Positions 35,870 through 46,395 of a stretch of DNA of 64,000 bases are shown piece after piece (the first letter of the stretch is position 1; every line of letters begins with the position of its first letter). The notes below the pieces were generated by a model. The model was not told the DNA's origin. It worked only from the letters and a program-made list of their open reading frames with translations, and searched no databases. The DNA is from Nemertoderma westbladi (Eukaryota > Animalia > Xenacoelomorpha), in the NCBI GenBank assembly GCA_032718475.1, contig JAUCBJ010008182.1, positions 1 through 64,000 of the forward strand, read 5' to 3'. The position numbers and the translations under genes are program-made.

Positions 35870-37563
35870 ATGGAGAAAGGGATACAAGGAGAGCCGAGAT
35901 GGGGATATGATATCCAAGAGGAAGCGGCAGCTTCATTCGAACGATTTGGAGCAAAAGACTACACTATATTTGGTATAAAGGAATTATCGGAAAGTACAGC
36001 GAAGCTCGCAAAGACAGCAATGCCTTTACTCGAGCAGGATTTAGCATATTTCGAGACGTGTATCTTCGCTGTCTTATCGAAAGACCATCTATGTTTACAT
36101 TGTTACCCTATGAAGGAGAACGTATCGTGGAGATTATGGATGAATCACGGCAGACGCGTGCGCCTATCGGTCACCTTGGTGATGAATTCGAAGTAACTAC
36201 TACGATCGCCGACGATCCTTTAGAGGAACTTCTTGAGATAGAAAGGAACCTCCCGAAGAAATCTCAGACGGAGATTCGACAACTTGAAGCAACAGATGCT
36301 ATAGTTTGTATACAACCTTCAGAAACCTACCAACCCATAGACCCAGACGATTACGATTATAGTATGGGAGGAAGCGCTCGACCGATTGGAGATCTTATAT
36401 ACGAACGAGTGTGGTACCCTGCCAATACGATGTGTAGTAAATGTGGCGTCGCTGGACATCATATGGCAAAGTGCAGTGGAAAGCACATTACTACGACTCA
36501 GCTAATCTGTGGATGGTGTGGGGATCAAGGGTCTCATACCTTTTATACTTGCTGGAGATTTATGGCCCAATGTACTTATTGCAATATAAAGGGACATCGA
36601 GCATCTGAATGCCAACTAAGAGACATACCCTATGAACACGAATCTGTAAAACTCGTGAGGAAATTATTTGACGAGTGGGAAGATTTAGCCGACGAACATG
36701 TATCAGCACAAAGAAGACGGTTTCCGATGAGAGCGCATCTCGGATTTTGGGCGGTAAATCCTCAAACGATGAGGTCGGAAGGATATATCTCCGCTATGCC
36801 CCAATATGACGAACTTATCGAGGTTGTCGATATTTTGCCCCACGACAGCGGATTTCGAGTGGTGCGCGAGTATCTGTTACAGATTCACCCGGATAACAAA
36901 AACACGTGGAATTTTCAGAAAGTCGTAAATCGTATCACGTATGGTGAATTTGATCGTTTCCGAACCGAAAAGCGGAATAAAGGAGCTTGGTTAACCGTCG
37001 CATGGGCGTACCGAGCCGCGTTTTACCATAAACGTATACGAGCGAGCGTATTCGAGGAAGAGGAGGTCCTAGAGGCGACGAATATACCAGCCACTCCGGT
37101 TGCGCCGTCTGCACGTCACCCTCGGGAGGACGGGCAGGGTAGGATCATACGGGTCCAGAAGGTGGGCCAACAATTGAAGAAAATTATTAATGTGGAAGAA
37201 CGCAAGGGAGTTGAGCCGACTATTCGAGTTACTCGGGATACGGTATCACTTCCAAGAGAACCGGTAGGAGGATCGGGACATACACCAGCTGATCAACAGG
37301 GGGCGCAAGCTACTCTTGGGTCTGCGTCGTCCGCCTTTCGCGAGTTCCCAGACGTTCTACCAACTGTAGCGACAACTGATCGGTCACGAGGAATTGGTCG
37401 AGGTTTTGGGATGCCAAATAGACGAATTTGTGAGGAAATAGTCGCACCGTCTCTTAACGTCCCAAGTAAACCAGTGACTCGCCCCATTAGTCCCATATCG
37501 CGAGCAAAGTCACCTGTGCGCAGTTTTCGAGGACGCGGCAGGGCTCGATCTACTAAGCGATAA
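35870..37563 (+). pseudogene. ORF3 copy 1, with ~2-kb internal deletion removing the N-terminal and exonuclease domains
   Basis: First ~48 codons match 49876 onward, then sequence resumes at the equivalent of about 52048 out of frame. The zinc-knuckle half 36058-37563 remains open. Confidence 0.88.
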
Positions 37564-37609
37564 AAGGGAGGGCAAGGGTGGACGGAAGACTCGTGGGCCT
37601 TTCTTATGA

Positions 37610-38355
37610 TTTGTGATTTATTTTGAATTATATGTTTTATATTTAGAAAATTTAGTAAATTTATATTTTATATTTGTGCTTATTTCGAACTTATGCAATT
37701 TGTATTGTTCCGAATTTATGAAATTTAGAAATAAGAACTCATATTTAGTAAACTTATATTTAGTAAGAATTTATATTTTATATTTACGTGATTATTTCGA
37801 ACTTATGCAATTTATATTATTCTGAACTTATGCAATTTATATTGTTCCGAATATTATGCAATTTATATCTTATAAGCAGTATTTGTATTTACAGTGAAAT
37901 AGAAAGTTTTATAGATAGAAAATTTGTGCTCAGAAAGACTCATATTTGTAATTATTCCAAACTTATGCAATCTACATTTAGGTACGAAAGTATTTGTAAT
38001 TACTTGAATTTATGCAATATTTGAGATGCAATAGTAGATGGAAGACTCGCGAGCCTTTCTTATTGTTTTCATTTATTTGTATTTGTAATTGTTTGAATTT
38101 ATGCAATATTGAGATGCAATAGATTTATATTGGTGAATTTAATTTAGATTTATATTGTACTTACTTAGTAAAGCCTTAAATACGTAAAGTTTGAATTTGT
38201 AATTATTTTTGTATCGAATCATTACGTAAAAGGGAAGTATTGTTTGAAACTTAATTGTAAATATGTAAGTACGCCCTAAGTATTTTATAGTTTGATTGAT
38301 TATTGGTGAAAACCGTATATTTTATGCACGATAATATCCTGTTTTCATGGAGCGG
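37610..38355 (+). repeat. AT-rich repetitive 3' UTR ending in short PPT GGAGCGG (also about 53650-54270)
   Basis: Repeats of aacttatgcaattt and atttatatttagtaa. GGAGCGG directly abuts LTR2 and LTR3. Confidence 0.7.
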
Positions 38356-40280
38356 TATAGAATTATATTCCCTAAATGCCGTGGATTTTCAAAATTTTAT
38401 TTTATTCGAATTAACTTTGTAAAGATTGCTTTGAGTTCTCATTAGTATTGGTTCTATCTATTGTGCATCTATCGGTCAAGTGGTTCAGTAGCTCAGTTGG
38501 TAGAGCGTTGGAAATTATATGTGTAGTAGGTATCGAGTTCGAATCCTAGTAAGTGCGAATTATTTTTTGTGCAGAATTTCAACTCATTTAAATTAACCGC
38601 TACAAATTAATTGCATTTGTCTGTACCAATAAGGCTGTAGTTATTTGATTGTAACCAATGTCGTGCAAGTTATATATTAGCTGGACCAATAAGCTATCTT
38701 TAAAACCTTGTTAGAACCCATAGAACAATCGAGAATTTTCTCGATTGATTGCAGCACAAATTTAGTATATAAAGGTGCGATTCGTTCATTAGTTATCTCA
38801 ATCTTATATCCCAATCTTTCTCAGATTACCTTATCAATATTCTGTCGTGCTTAGTTCATTCTCAGATTACATTGTATTATAATTGTGTCTTCTGTAATAA
38901 AGTCAGAATATTCTCTCAGCTTTTCTGTTTTACTATGAATTCACTACGGTGAACAAACTCAGGGACAGGATGGCCGGCTAGAGATCGGGCCGCAGCAATG
39001 AACGGGAACATCACGGGAATGTAGACGAGAGACAACCCGCAATACCATTTTAGAGTTATTCGCCCATCGCCTGAAAGGTTAGACAGCGTTCGATCCTTGC
39101 TACCTAAGTATAAGACCAAAAGATCAAGAGGTAGACGTAGTGACACGCTGCAAGCCTAAAATTACATCATAGGGACTGTACTGTCTTGATTCAGGAAAAC
39201 CCACAGTAGACCTTCACATTCCTACGGGGGGAGGGATAGCGCAGGCAGATACTAGTACGCAGATAGGACGTAGGCACACCGGTACAAGGCATACACATTG
39301 GTTAGGGTGCAGCAAACTGTACGCTTAACTCTTGCTAAGTACAGGTGCGTCTGTGACTATTTGCCGTGCAACGGTGTCCATTGCATCAGAACTTGTAGGC
39401 TAGGGGGGTTGCTGTGTTTTCACCTGAATTGGGATTGTACCGTTCAGGCGGTAGGGCAGTTTACGCTAGGCGCAAATAAATTGAGGCTATCAGGGATATA
39501 CTAACATCTACCGTGTCCCCGCCAAAGCCCTAATAGGAAGTTACCCGGACTACCTGGGTGACTAAAATTCTAGATAGGAGCCAGGATAGCTATTAGTACC
39601 CGTACGCCTACAGTAGTAAACTAACACATCTCTTCTTAGTATCAGGGACCTGGTACCTAAAATTGCCGAATTCTGGGCGTAGTATTAACCTTATGCCTGA
39701 ATTTGAGTCCTGGAAATACGCAAGAGGGGAAGGAACCTTATCATTCGTGAGTATTGGACCTACAAGTTATAAAATTGGAATATTCGTAAAATGCACACCG
39801 TACCCAGTAATTATATATGTGAAGGAGCAAAACTGTTTTGACCGTTCAGAATTAACACACGCGCGTTAGAAATTATTTACACCTCAAAATATATAAAATT
39901 AACTTTTGTCCGTACTGTGCTTTGCCCGCTAGTTAGACATCTCCAAATATCTGCCTCTGTACCTAGCTAGCGTCCCTTTGCCCAACCATATAAATCACAC
40001 CGCGGCAAAGTCTACGAGCCCCTTAGTCCGTCAGTGAGTCAGCCTGATTTTAGGATTCGCTGCGCGGGATTTTGTTTTATCGAAGTTTGTCTGCTCGTAG
40101 ACTGTTTTCTGCCTCACCGGTTATAAGAGATCGATACTGCAATATATTCGCTTACTTAGAGTTTACTGTTTTGGTGAGAAGGTCGGATTTATGATTTGAT
40201 TTACAAACTTTACAGTAGGATATTGCAGGTATTGTTACCGTCCCTTCCGATAGTAGGAATAGGCGTATCTCTTCCAATTA
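38356..40280 (+). repeat. LTR2 (1925 bp), diverged from LTR1 and LTR3
   Basis: Same termini, many substitutions and a strongly different segment after the TATA box. Pol III cassette retained at 38482-38568. Confidence 0.94.
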
Positions 40281-40539
40281 ATTGTATTTAATTTACCTTT
40301 TGATAACGCATATCGTTATCCGATTTATTTGTTATAAAATTGGCCGCTAGGCTAATTTTATTATATACTTATTCCGTGACATTTATTTGCTGTAAAATTG
40401 GCCGTTTAGGCTAATTTTATCCATCTGCTATAAAATCGGCCGGTAGGCTAATTTTATAAGACTGTAATTAGTACCGTTTAGATAAATACGGTAAACTCGA
40501 TACTTTGACACTCACTTTACTTGACTTACAACTACCGAA

Positions 40540-43500
40540 ATGAGTGACAAACAAGACTATACGAAGAATACACCTACCGACTATGACTCGTGTGACGCGG
40601 ATAAGTCAGCAGCGGAAGGACAACAGGGGAAGACTCGTGAGCCTACCGAACCTACGCCGTGTGCGTCACCAGTACATCCAACGGGAGTACCGGATGCCGT
40701 AGTACGAGGCGACGGCAGGACCGAGGACTTTCTAACTGTTCCGCAACCTAGATACAGGGAAACGGAAATGGTAAGTTCAGCAGGAAGTCAGGAAAGCGTT
40801 GTTAGGAGCGTCGGTGGTTACATGGCGCATATTACCAGGAGTATTGGAGAAGGCCAACGCATATTAGACGGGTTGACCGCTCCGATGTCTCGATTCGAAT
40901 TCTACACCCTCCAGGTTAGAGTACAGAGTAAAGTATATAAGTCCGTAGATAATCTAGTTGGCCTACAAGATCTAGCTAGACAGAGACAGGACATGGATAC
41001 TCAACTTAGAATCCTCGAGAAACTAATGATCGCTAGAGAGAAACTGATTCAGTTTAAGTCGACGATTAGACAGATACAACAGGAACAAGCAGACCAGTTG
41101 TTAGGTGAGTCAGTTTCGGACGAATTATTACAGCCCGAGGAAGAACAGGAACTGTACCGACTGGATGGACAATTGAAACATCTGACGGACCACTTACGTA
41201 TGTGCGGCGAAGACGTCGGCGATTTGGAAACCGTGCCGGAATATACGAGGGAAACTTCACCCGTACGAATCGAATCGGCACCGGGAATACTGGATCAATC
41301 TCTGGTGAGTATTCGTAGCGAAATCGGCGAGGGAATTATGGCTACGTCAGAAATTGCTCGACAACAACAGCTCTACAGACAACAACAGGAGATGGAGGAA
41401 CAAACTCAACTTCTAATGCTACAAGCAGCAGTAGAGGAAGAGAAGCTACGCGTTGCAAATATAGCAAGAATCTCCCATCTGCAAGAACAAGCCGAGTTGG
41501 AAGCAGCCGAGATGGAAAAGTTAGAGTTGGACATTGCGCAACAAACGGCAGCAGCGGCAGCGGCTGAGTCAGAGCGACAAGCGGCAGCGGCAGCGGCAGC
41601 GGCGGAGTTAGAGAGAAACCGGTTAGTTTTAGAAGCCAGAGCAGAGATGAAGACACGGCAAATAAAGGCCCAGTCAGCTATACGACAAGCGGAACTCGAG
41701 GCGCAACAACAACAAACGGAACAACGCGAGAAAGAAGTTAAACTTCGTTTCGAACTTGAGAAGAAGGCGAGAGAATTAGCCAACGCCAAGGAAGACCTGG
41801 ATCTACAAGCCCGCGATCGATCGATGAGATCTCGAGACGGACATGACTTGGACCAGATAGAGGTAAGACATCGCCACATTCAGGAACGAAAGAAAGAAGG
41901 AAGCGTAGGAGCACCCGGACGGGAACGACAATTAGTAAAGGACTTGTGTCAACGATTCCCACAGGTAACTCATATGTTTGCACCGGTTACGACTAAGGAA
42001 CCTGTTTCGATTGCGGGTAGTAGTGATATTTCTCCTATCCATGGTGTGACGGAACACAGGTTTGTTATTCCGGACAAGTTTACACCGCCAAGAGCAACGT
42101 CGTCGCCTATTCCGAGGGTCAAGGTAAGTAACCCACCGATTACAGATCGTAGTAGTTTATTAGTCGGACCTGCACTACTGACGACTAAACAGGTGAGTCC
42201 ACCTCTGACGCCAAAACCTGTTACACACTACGCTTACCCAATGACGTTTAGGCCAACAAGGCCTTTGGATTCAAACGCCGTTACTCGACTACCGGTCCAA
42301 TTTACATCGCAATCTACGACTTCGAGGAAGACTTGTGAGCCTACCGAACAACGGAGAACAGTGGATACGCGACCGTTCAACCAGTTTGCATCGCAATCTA
42401 CGACTTCGAGGAAGACTTGTGAGCCCACCGAACAACGGAAACCAGTAGACGATGTTTCGAAACGGAATGTTAGAATTCGTACGGCGCAACGGACTCGAGC
42501 ACGTCGACCACCGTATCCAGGTGACAGTAGTACTTCGAGCGAGTCGGATTACCCGGAACGCGAGGTATTTAGAACAGGAGCGGCCGACAAATGTAAACGT
42601 GAGCGTTCGGATAATTCATTTATCGACAATCCTCCACAGAATAAACCAACACAAAAGGCGTTACAACCAACAGACGCGATCAGTACACAACAGTTCGCCG
42701 ACATCCTGCGACCAGTTGTCAACAAATTGGCTCAGATCGAGGAGCGTCTGGAGGAAGGTTACACCGACAGTTCGAGAAATTCCGAATTCGAACACAATAG
42801 ACACCCGAAGGAACCACAAAGACCGGTACCTTCAAAACACACATCGTATCAGGGAAAAGCGCCAAGAAGGGAGAACATCAACCAGACTACCAACCAAGGA
42901 CGCGAAACTCTGAACGTTGCAGAGGAGATAGCGAAATTCGCAGCCAGACAAGGATTGCCGGTGCAACAACCACCGAAGTTTTCCGGTAGCTCAAAACACT
43001 GGCACACCTTTGTAGACTATATCGAATCCCAGATCGCCGTGTGCGCCTTTACATCACGGGAGAAGTTTAATTACCTGCTCCAAACGTTGTCAGGAGAACC
43101 TAAACGTTTGGCAGAGACCTTCGTTGGTGTACCGGACGCCTTTGAATTAGCGTACGATCGTTTAACTTCGATATACGGAGGTACAGTGAGCATGGCCAGG
43201 TCAGTAATAGAGGAACTCTGTAAGGGAGGGGCTATCACTAAACCCGTCGACTTATTAAAACTAGCTGACGAGATAAGGAACGCTATCACAACTTTAAGAT
43301 CCATTGGACAACTTGATTACGGGAATACCCCTACAGTCCTATTAAAGATCATAGGACGACTCCACCATCGACTTCGTCGGGAGTGGAGAAAGGTCGAATA
43401 CCAGCTAGAAGAGCGTGGAGGATTCTTAAAATTAGAAGATGTGTACCTTTTAATATCCAGGGAGGCAGTAGTAGAAACTCGATCTAACTACACCGACCAG

Positions 43501-46395
43501 CACATCGTGGCAGAAGGAATCACATTGCCATCCTCCAACCGACAAAAACCCCAGACAACATCCACCAAGACGGCCACTTACGCCACACCGACGGAATCAC
43601 GACAATTCTCGGACGGTAGTAGAGTATCTGCGCCCATTGGGACAAAACAGACGAGACAGCAACTTGGTACCGACTTCAGTGGCTGCCAATACTGCGAGCA
43701 TTTAGGCAAGCGGTATATCGGTCACAAGTTACGAGGTTGTCGACAATTTCGCGAGTTGAACTCGGAAGAACGACGGCTGCAAATACGGCCATTGGACTCT
43801 TGTTGGCGGTGTACGCGACACGGACACGTCCGTAAAGATTGCCCAAATACCGACACTTGTCCATCCTGTGGACGCAACCACGACGGTCTGCTCCACACAG
43901 ACAGCCACACGCCGACAAAACGCTTCGCCAGGGAACACCCGGAAGCAGCAGCGAGATGTGATGCGGCCTACCGAAAACGAGAATCGAAAACGACTCCAAC
44001 CTTCGTGACCCATATTGAGGATTGCTTCTCAGAACAATCCGGATCGTCGGACGAAGAGTTAGAAGACGACGACGAATATTCCAATGGAGACGAACAACCG
44101 TCGATCGCGCTTCTGACTACTGACCAACTGAAGGGATTCAGTGTAATTCCGATTAAGATTACCGGCACAAAGGGGAGCAAGAGAATCTACGCGATTCTAG
44201 ATTCAGCCTCATCTCATAGCTACGTGGATGAAAAGATAGCTGACGTAGTGACGGATCTTAAACAAGGTAAGCGCGTCAGTTATACCGTAAGTAGTATGCA
44301 CGGACAGCGTGCAATACCAGTGACACGAGTTAAGTTGGACTTAGACTCTCTTCTTCCAAAATCGCAACACAGCGAGAGGGAGAGGTCTTTGTTACCCTTT
44401 AAAGATCTAACCTTTGCGGCCACGAAGGACTTTAGTAACCTACTAGGTCCAGTGCCGGAACAATCTCTAGAGGACCGTAAGTATTTCAGACACCTTGGTG
44501 TACCCGAATGTCCTGTCAATTATAGATCGGTAGCCATGCTGATCGGGACAGACCAATTCAACCTACATCAGGTGTGGGAAACCAGACCATCGGCAGTTGT
44601 AGCGGGAAACGCATACGCCTGCAGAACGCCGATAGGCTGGTATACTCGAGCGCCTGTGCGCACACTAGACGTAAGTGACGAGGAAGACGATGTACAGAGT
44701 ACATGTAGTTTATTAACTACAAATTCAATTCATTCCTTTTCACACGACGTGAACCATACTACACTACAGTCGACAAAACATGACAGACGTGTAACTAGTA
44801 TGATAAGTCACAAGGAGCAGCTAACCCACCAGGTGAGTTTAGAACTTGGGGAGAAGACGAGTCAGCTAGAGATTCCATCGACGACAGATGTTAGGCTTGC
44901 GAGTCTACCTACCCAAATAACCTCAACAGTGCCCGTCGATATCGATGATGACGCGTTGAGAAATCATCAAATGGAACAAGCCGCTTTGGACAAAGAATTA
45001 ACGGAGAAGACTATCAGGTGGTTAGAACAAGATACAGCTGAACCTGGTAGCTACGAACCTTGTATGTCAGAACAGGAGAAACAATCTCTGAAGATCATGG
45101 AAGATACTATCCGCCAGACGAAAGACATACATTATGAGGTAGGGATGTTATGGCGTAGCCAAAGTCCTAAACTTATAAACAACTATCCACTAGCCTTGAG
45201 ACATCTACACTCAATACGGCAACGTCTATTAAAGGACGAGAAAGCCCATCTGCAGTACAACACTCAGATGGAGACGTATTTGACAAAGGGATACGCTATC
45301 CGAATGACTAACCCGGAGATAGTGACAGACCAAACATATTACTTGCCACATCACTATGTGAGACACCCCGACAAACCAGACAAAGTACGCGTAGTCAACG
45401 ACTGTGCGGCTCTGTTTGAGGGAATGTCCCTCAATAGTGAGTTGATGGATGGACCAAACATGAATAATTATCTAATGGGGGTGATTATGCGCTTCCGTCA
45501 GCATCAAGTAGCCTTTACTTGTGACGTTGAAGCGATGTTTCACCAAGTGAGAGCGTTAGAGCGAGACAGAGACAGTTTGCGGTTCCTCTGGTACCCGGAA
45601 GGAGACTTAAGTTTACCACCGGCGACTTACCAAATGCAAGTTCGCGTTTTCGGTGCCAGAGACAGCCCAAATTGCACGATGTACGCCCTAAAGCAGGCCG
45701 CTAGAGATCAGAAACATCTATATGACCCAGAGATAATTAAAATCGTAGAACGTGACTTTTATGTAGACGACGGTTTACAGAGTTGCGACACAGTAGAACG
45801 TGCTACAACAGTAGCACATCAATTACGGGACTGCTTAGCGGGCGGAGGTTTTAACCTCACCAAATTCGCCTCAAACAGTGCCGAATTAGTAGACTCATTC
45901 GGGACGACTGAGCGTGGAGGTGGTGACATAGACCTAGAGTTCGAACCACTACCGACGACCAAGGTGTTGGGGCTCTTTTGGGACCCAAACACAGACAACT
46001 TTCGAGTGAAAGTGAGACTGGACAGTCAAGAGAACACACTGACAAAGAGATCATGCTTGTCAAAATTGAGCCGATTGTTCGATCCGTTAGGATTCATCAG
46101 TCCAGTGATACTGCAAGCTCGCATTTATATGCGCAGTATATGGAAGGATGGACTAACATGGGACGAGTCGATCTCATCAGACCAAGTGGACTTATGGAAG
46201 ACCTGGGAGGCGGAATTATCTTCGCTAGAGGATTATTCCATACCCAGGGTTTACTTTCCATTACAAAGTACATTTCCTGACAACTTGGAACTACACTGTT
46301 TTTCTGACGCCAGTGACAACGGTTTTTGTTGTGGCAGCGTACTTGCGCAGACAAGTAGACACAGACGAGTTCGATGTTTCGCTCATTACTTCTAA
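40540..46395 (+). CDS. BEL/Pao Gag-PR-RT, copy 2 (frameshift near 46325 in RNase H)
   Basis: Gag knuckles, ILDSAS, YVDD, KVLGLFWD, LFDPLGFISP, LHCFSDAS. Continues in the 46313 frame. Confidence 0.93.
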   Translation: MSDKQDYTKNTPTDYDSCDADKSAAEGQQGKTREPTEPTPCASPVHPTGVPDAVVRGDGRTEDFLTVPQPRYRETEMVSSAGSQESVVRSVGGYMAHITRSIGEGQRILDGLTAPMSRFEFYTLQVRVQSKVYKSVDNLVGLQDLARQRQDMDTQLRILEKLMIAREKLIQFKSTIRQIQQEQADQLLGESVSDELLQPEEEQELYRLDGQLKHLTDHLRMCGEDVGDLETVPEYTRETSPVRIESAPGILDQSLVSIRSEIGEGIMATSEIARQQQLYRQQQEMEEQTQLLMLQAAVEEEKLRVANIARISHLQEQAELEAAEMEKLELDIAQQTAAAAAAESERQAAAAAAAAELERNRLVLEARAEMKTRQIKAQSAIRQAELEAQQQQTEQREKEVKLRFELEKKARELANAKEDLDLQARDRSMRSRDGHDLDQIEVRHRHIQERKKEGSVGAPGRERQLVKDLCQRFPQVTHMFAPVTTKEPVSIAGSSDISPIHGVTEHRFVIPDKFTPPRATSSPIPRVKVSNPPITDRSSLLVGPALLTTKQVSPPLTPKPVTHYAYPMTFRPTRPLDSNAVTRLPVQFTSQSTTSRKTCEPTEQRRTVDTRPFNQFASQSTTSRKTCEPTEQRKPVDDVSKRNVRIRTAQRTRARRPPYPGDSSTSSESDYPEREVFRTGAADKCKRERSDNSFIDNPPQNKPTQKALQPTDAISTQQFADILRPVVNKLAQIEERLEEGYTDSSRNSEFEHNRHPKEPQRPVPSKHTSYQGKAPRRENINQTTNQGRETLNVAEEIAKFAARQGLPVQQPPKFSGSSKHWHTFVDYIESQIAVCAFTSREKFNYLLQTLSGEPKRLAETFVGVPDAFELAYDRLTSIYGGTVSMARSVIEELCKGGAITKPVDLLKLADEIRNAITTLRSIGQLDYGNTPTVLLKIIGRLHHRLRREWRKVEYQLEERGGFLKLEDVYLLISREAVVETRSNYTDQHIVAEGITLPSSNRQKPQTTSTKTATYATPTESRQFSDGSRVSAPIGTKQTRQQLGTDFSGCQYCEHLGKRYIGHKLRGCRQFRELNSEERRLQIRPLDSCWRCTRHGHVRKDCPNTDTCPSCGRNHDGLLHTDSHTPTKRFAREHPEAAARCDAAYRKRESKTTPTFVTHIEDCFSEQSGSSDEELEDDDEYSNGDEQPSIALLTTDQLKGFSVIPIKITGTKGSKRIYAILDSASSHSYVDEKIADVVTDLKQGKRVSYTVSSMHGQRAIPVTRVKLDLDSLLPKSQHSERERSLLPFKDLTFAATKDFSNLLGPVPEQSLEDRKYFRHLGVPECPVNYRSVAMLIGTDQFNLHQVWETRPSAVVAGNAYACRTPIGWYTRAPVRTLDVSDEEDDVQSTCSLLTTNSIHSFSHDVNHTTLQSTKHDRRVTSMISHKEQLTHQVSLELGEKTSQLEIPSTTDVRLASLPTQITSTVPVDIDDDALRNHQMEQAALDKELTEKTIRWLEQDTAEPGSYEPCMSEQEKQSLKIMEDTIRQTKDIHYEVGMLWRSQSPKLINNYPLALRHLHSIRQRLLKDEKAHLQYNTQMETYLTKGYAIRMTNPEIVTDQTYYLPHHYVRHPDKPDKVRVVNDCAALFEGMSLNSELMDGPNMNNYLMGVIMRFRQHQVAFTCDVEAMFHQVRALERDRDSLRFLWYPEGDLSLPPATYQMQVRVFGARDSPNCTMYALKQAARDQKHLYDPEIIKIVERDFYVDDGLQSCDTVERATTVAHQLRDCLAGGGFNLTKFASNSAELVDSFGTTERGGGDIDLEFEPLPTTKVLGLFWDPNTDNFRVKVRLDSQENTLTKRSCLSKLSRLFDPLGFISPVILQARIYMRSIWKDGLTWDESISSDQVDLWKTWEAELSSLEDYSIPRVYFPLQSTFPDNLELHCFSDASDNGFCCGSVLAQTSRHRRVRCFAHYF

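Noticed and set aside
38916-39870. Antisense or spliced gene in the long LTR U5 region
   Set aside because: Short frames only, with stops and indels differing between LTR1 and LTR2 and no recognisable domain.
46313-46395. Programmed frameshift in Pol
   Set aside because: It falls inside the RNase H motif next to a T-run; BEL Gag-Pol is usually one frame, so mutation or sequencing error is more likely.
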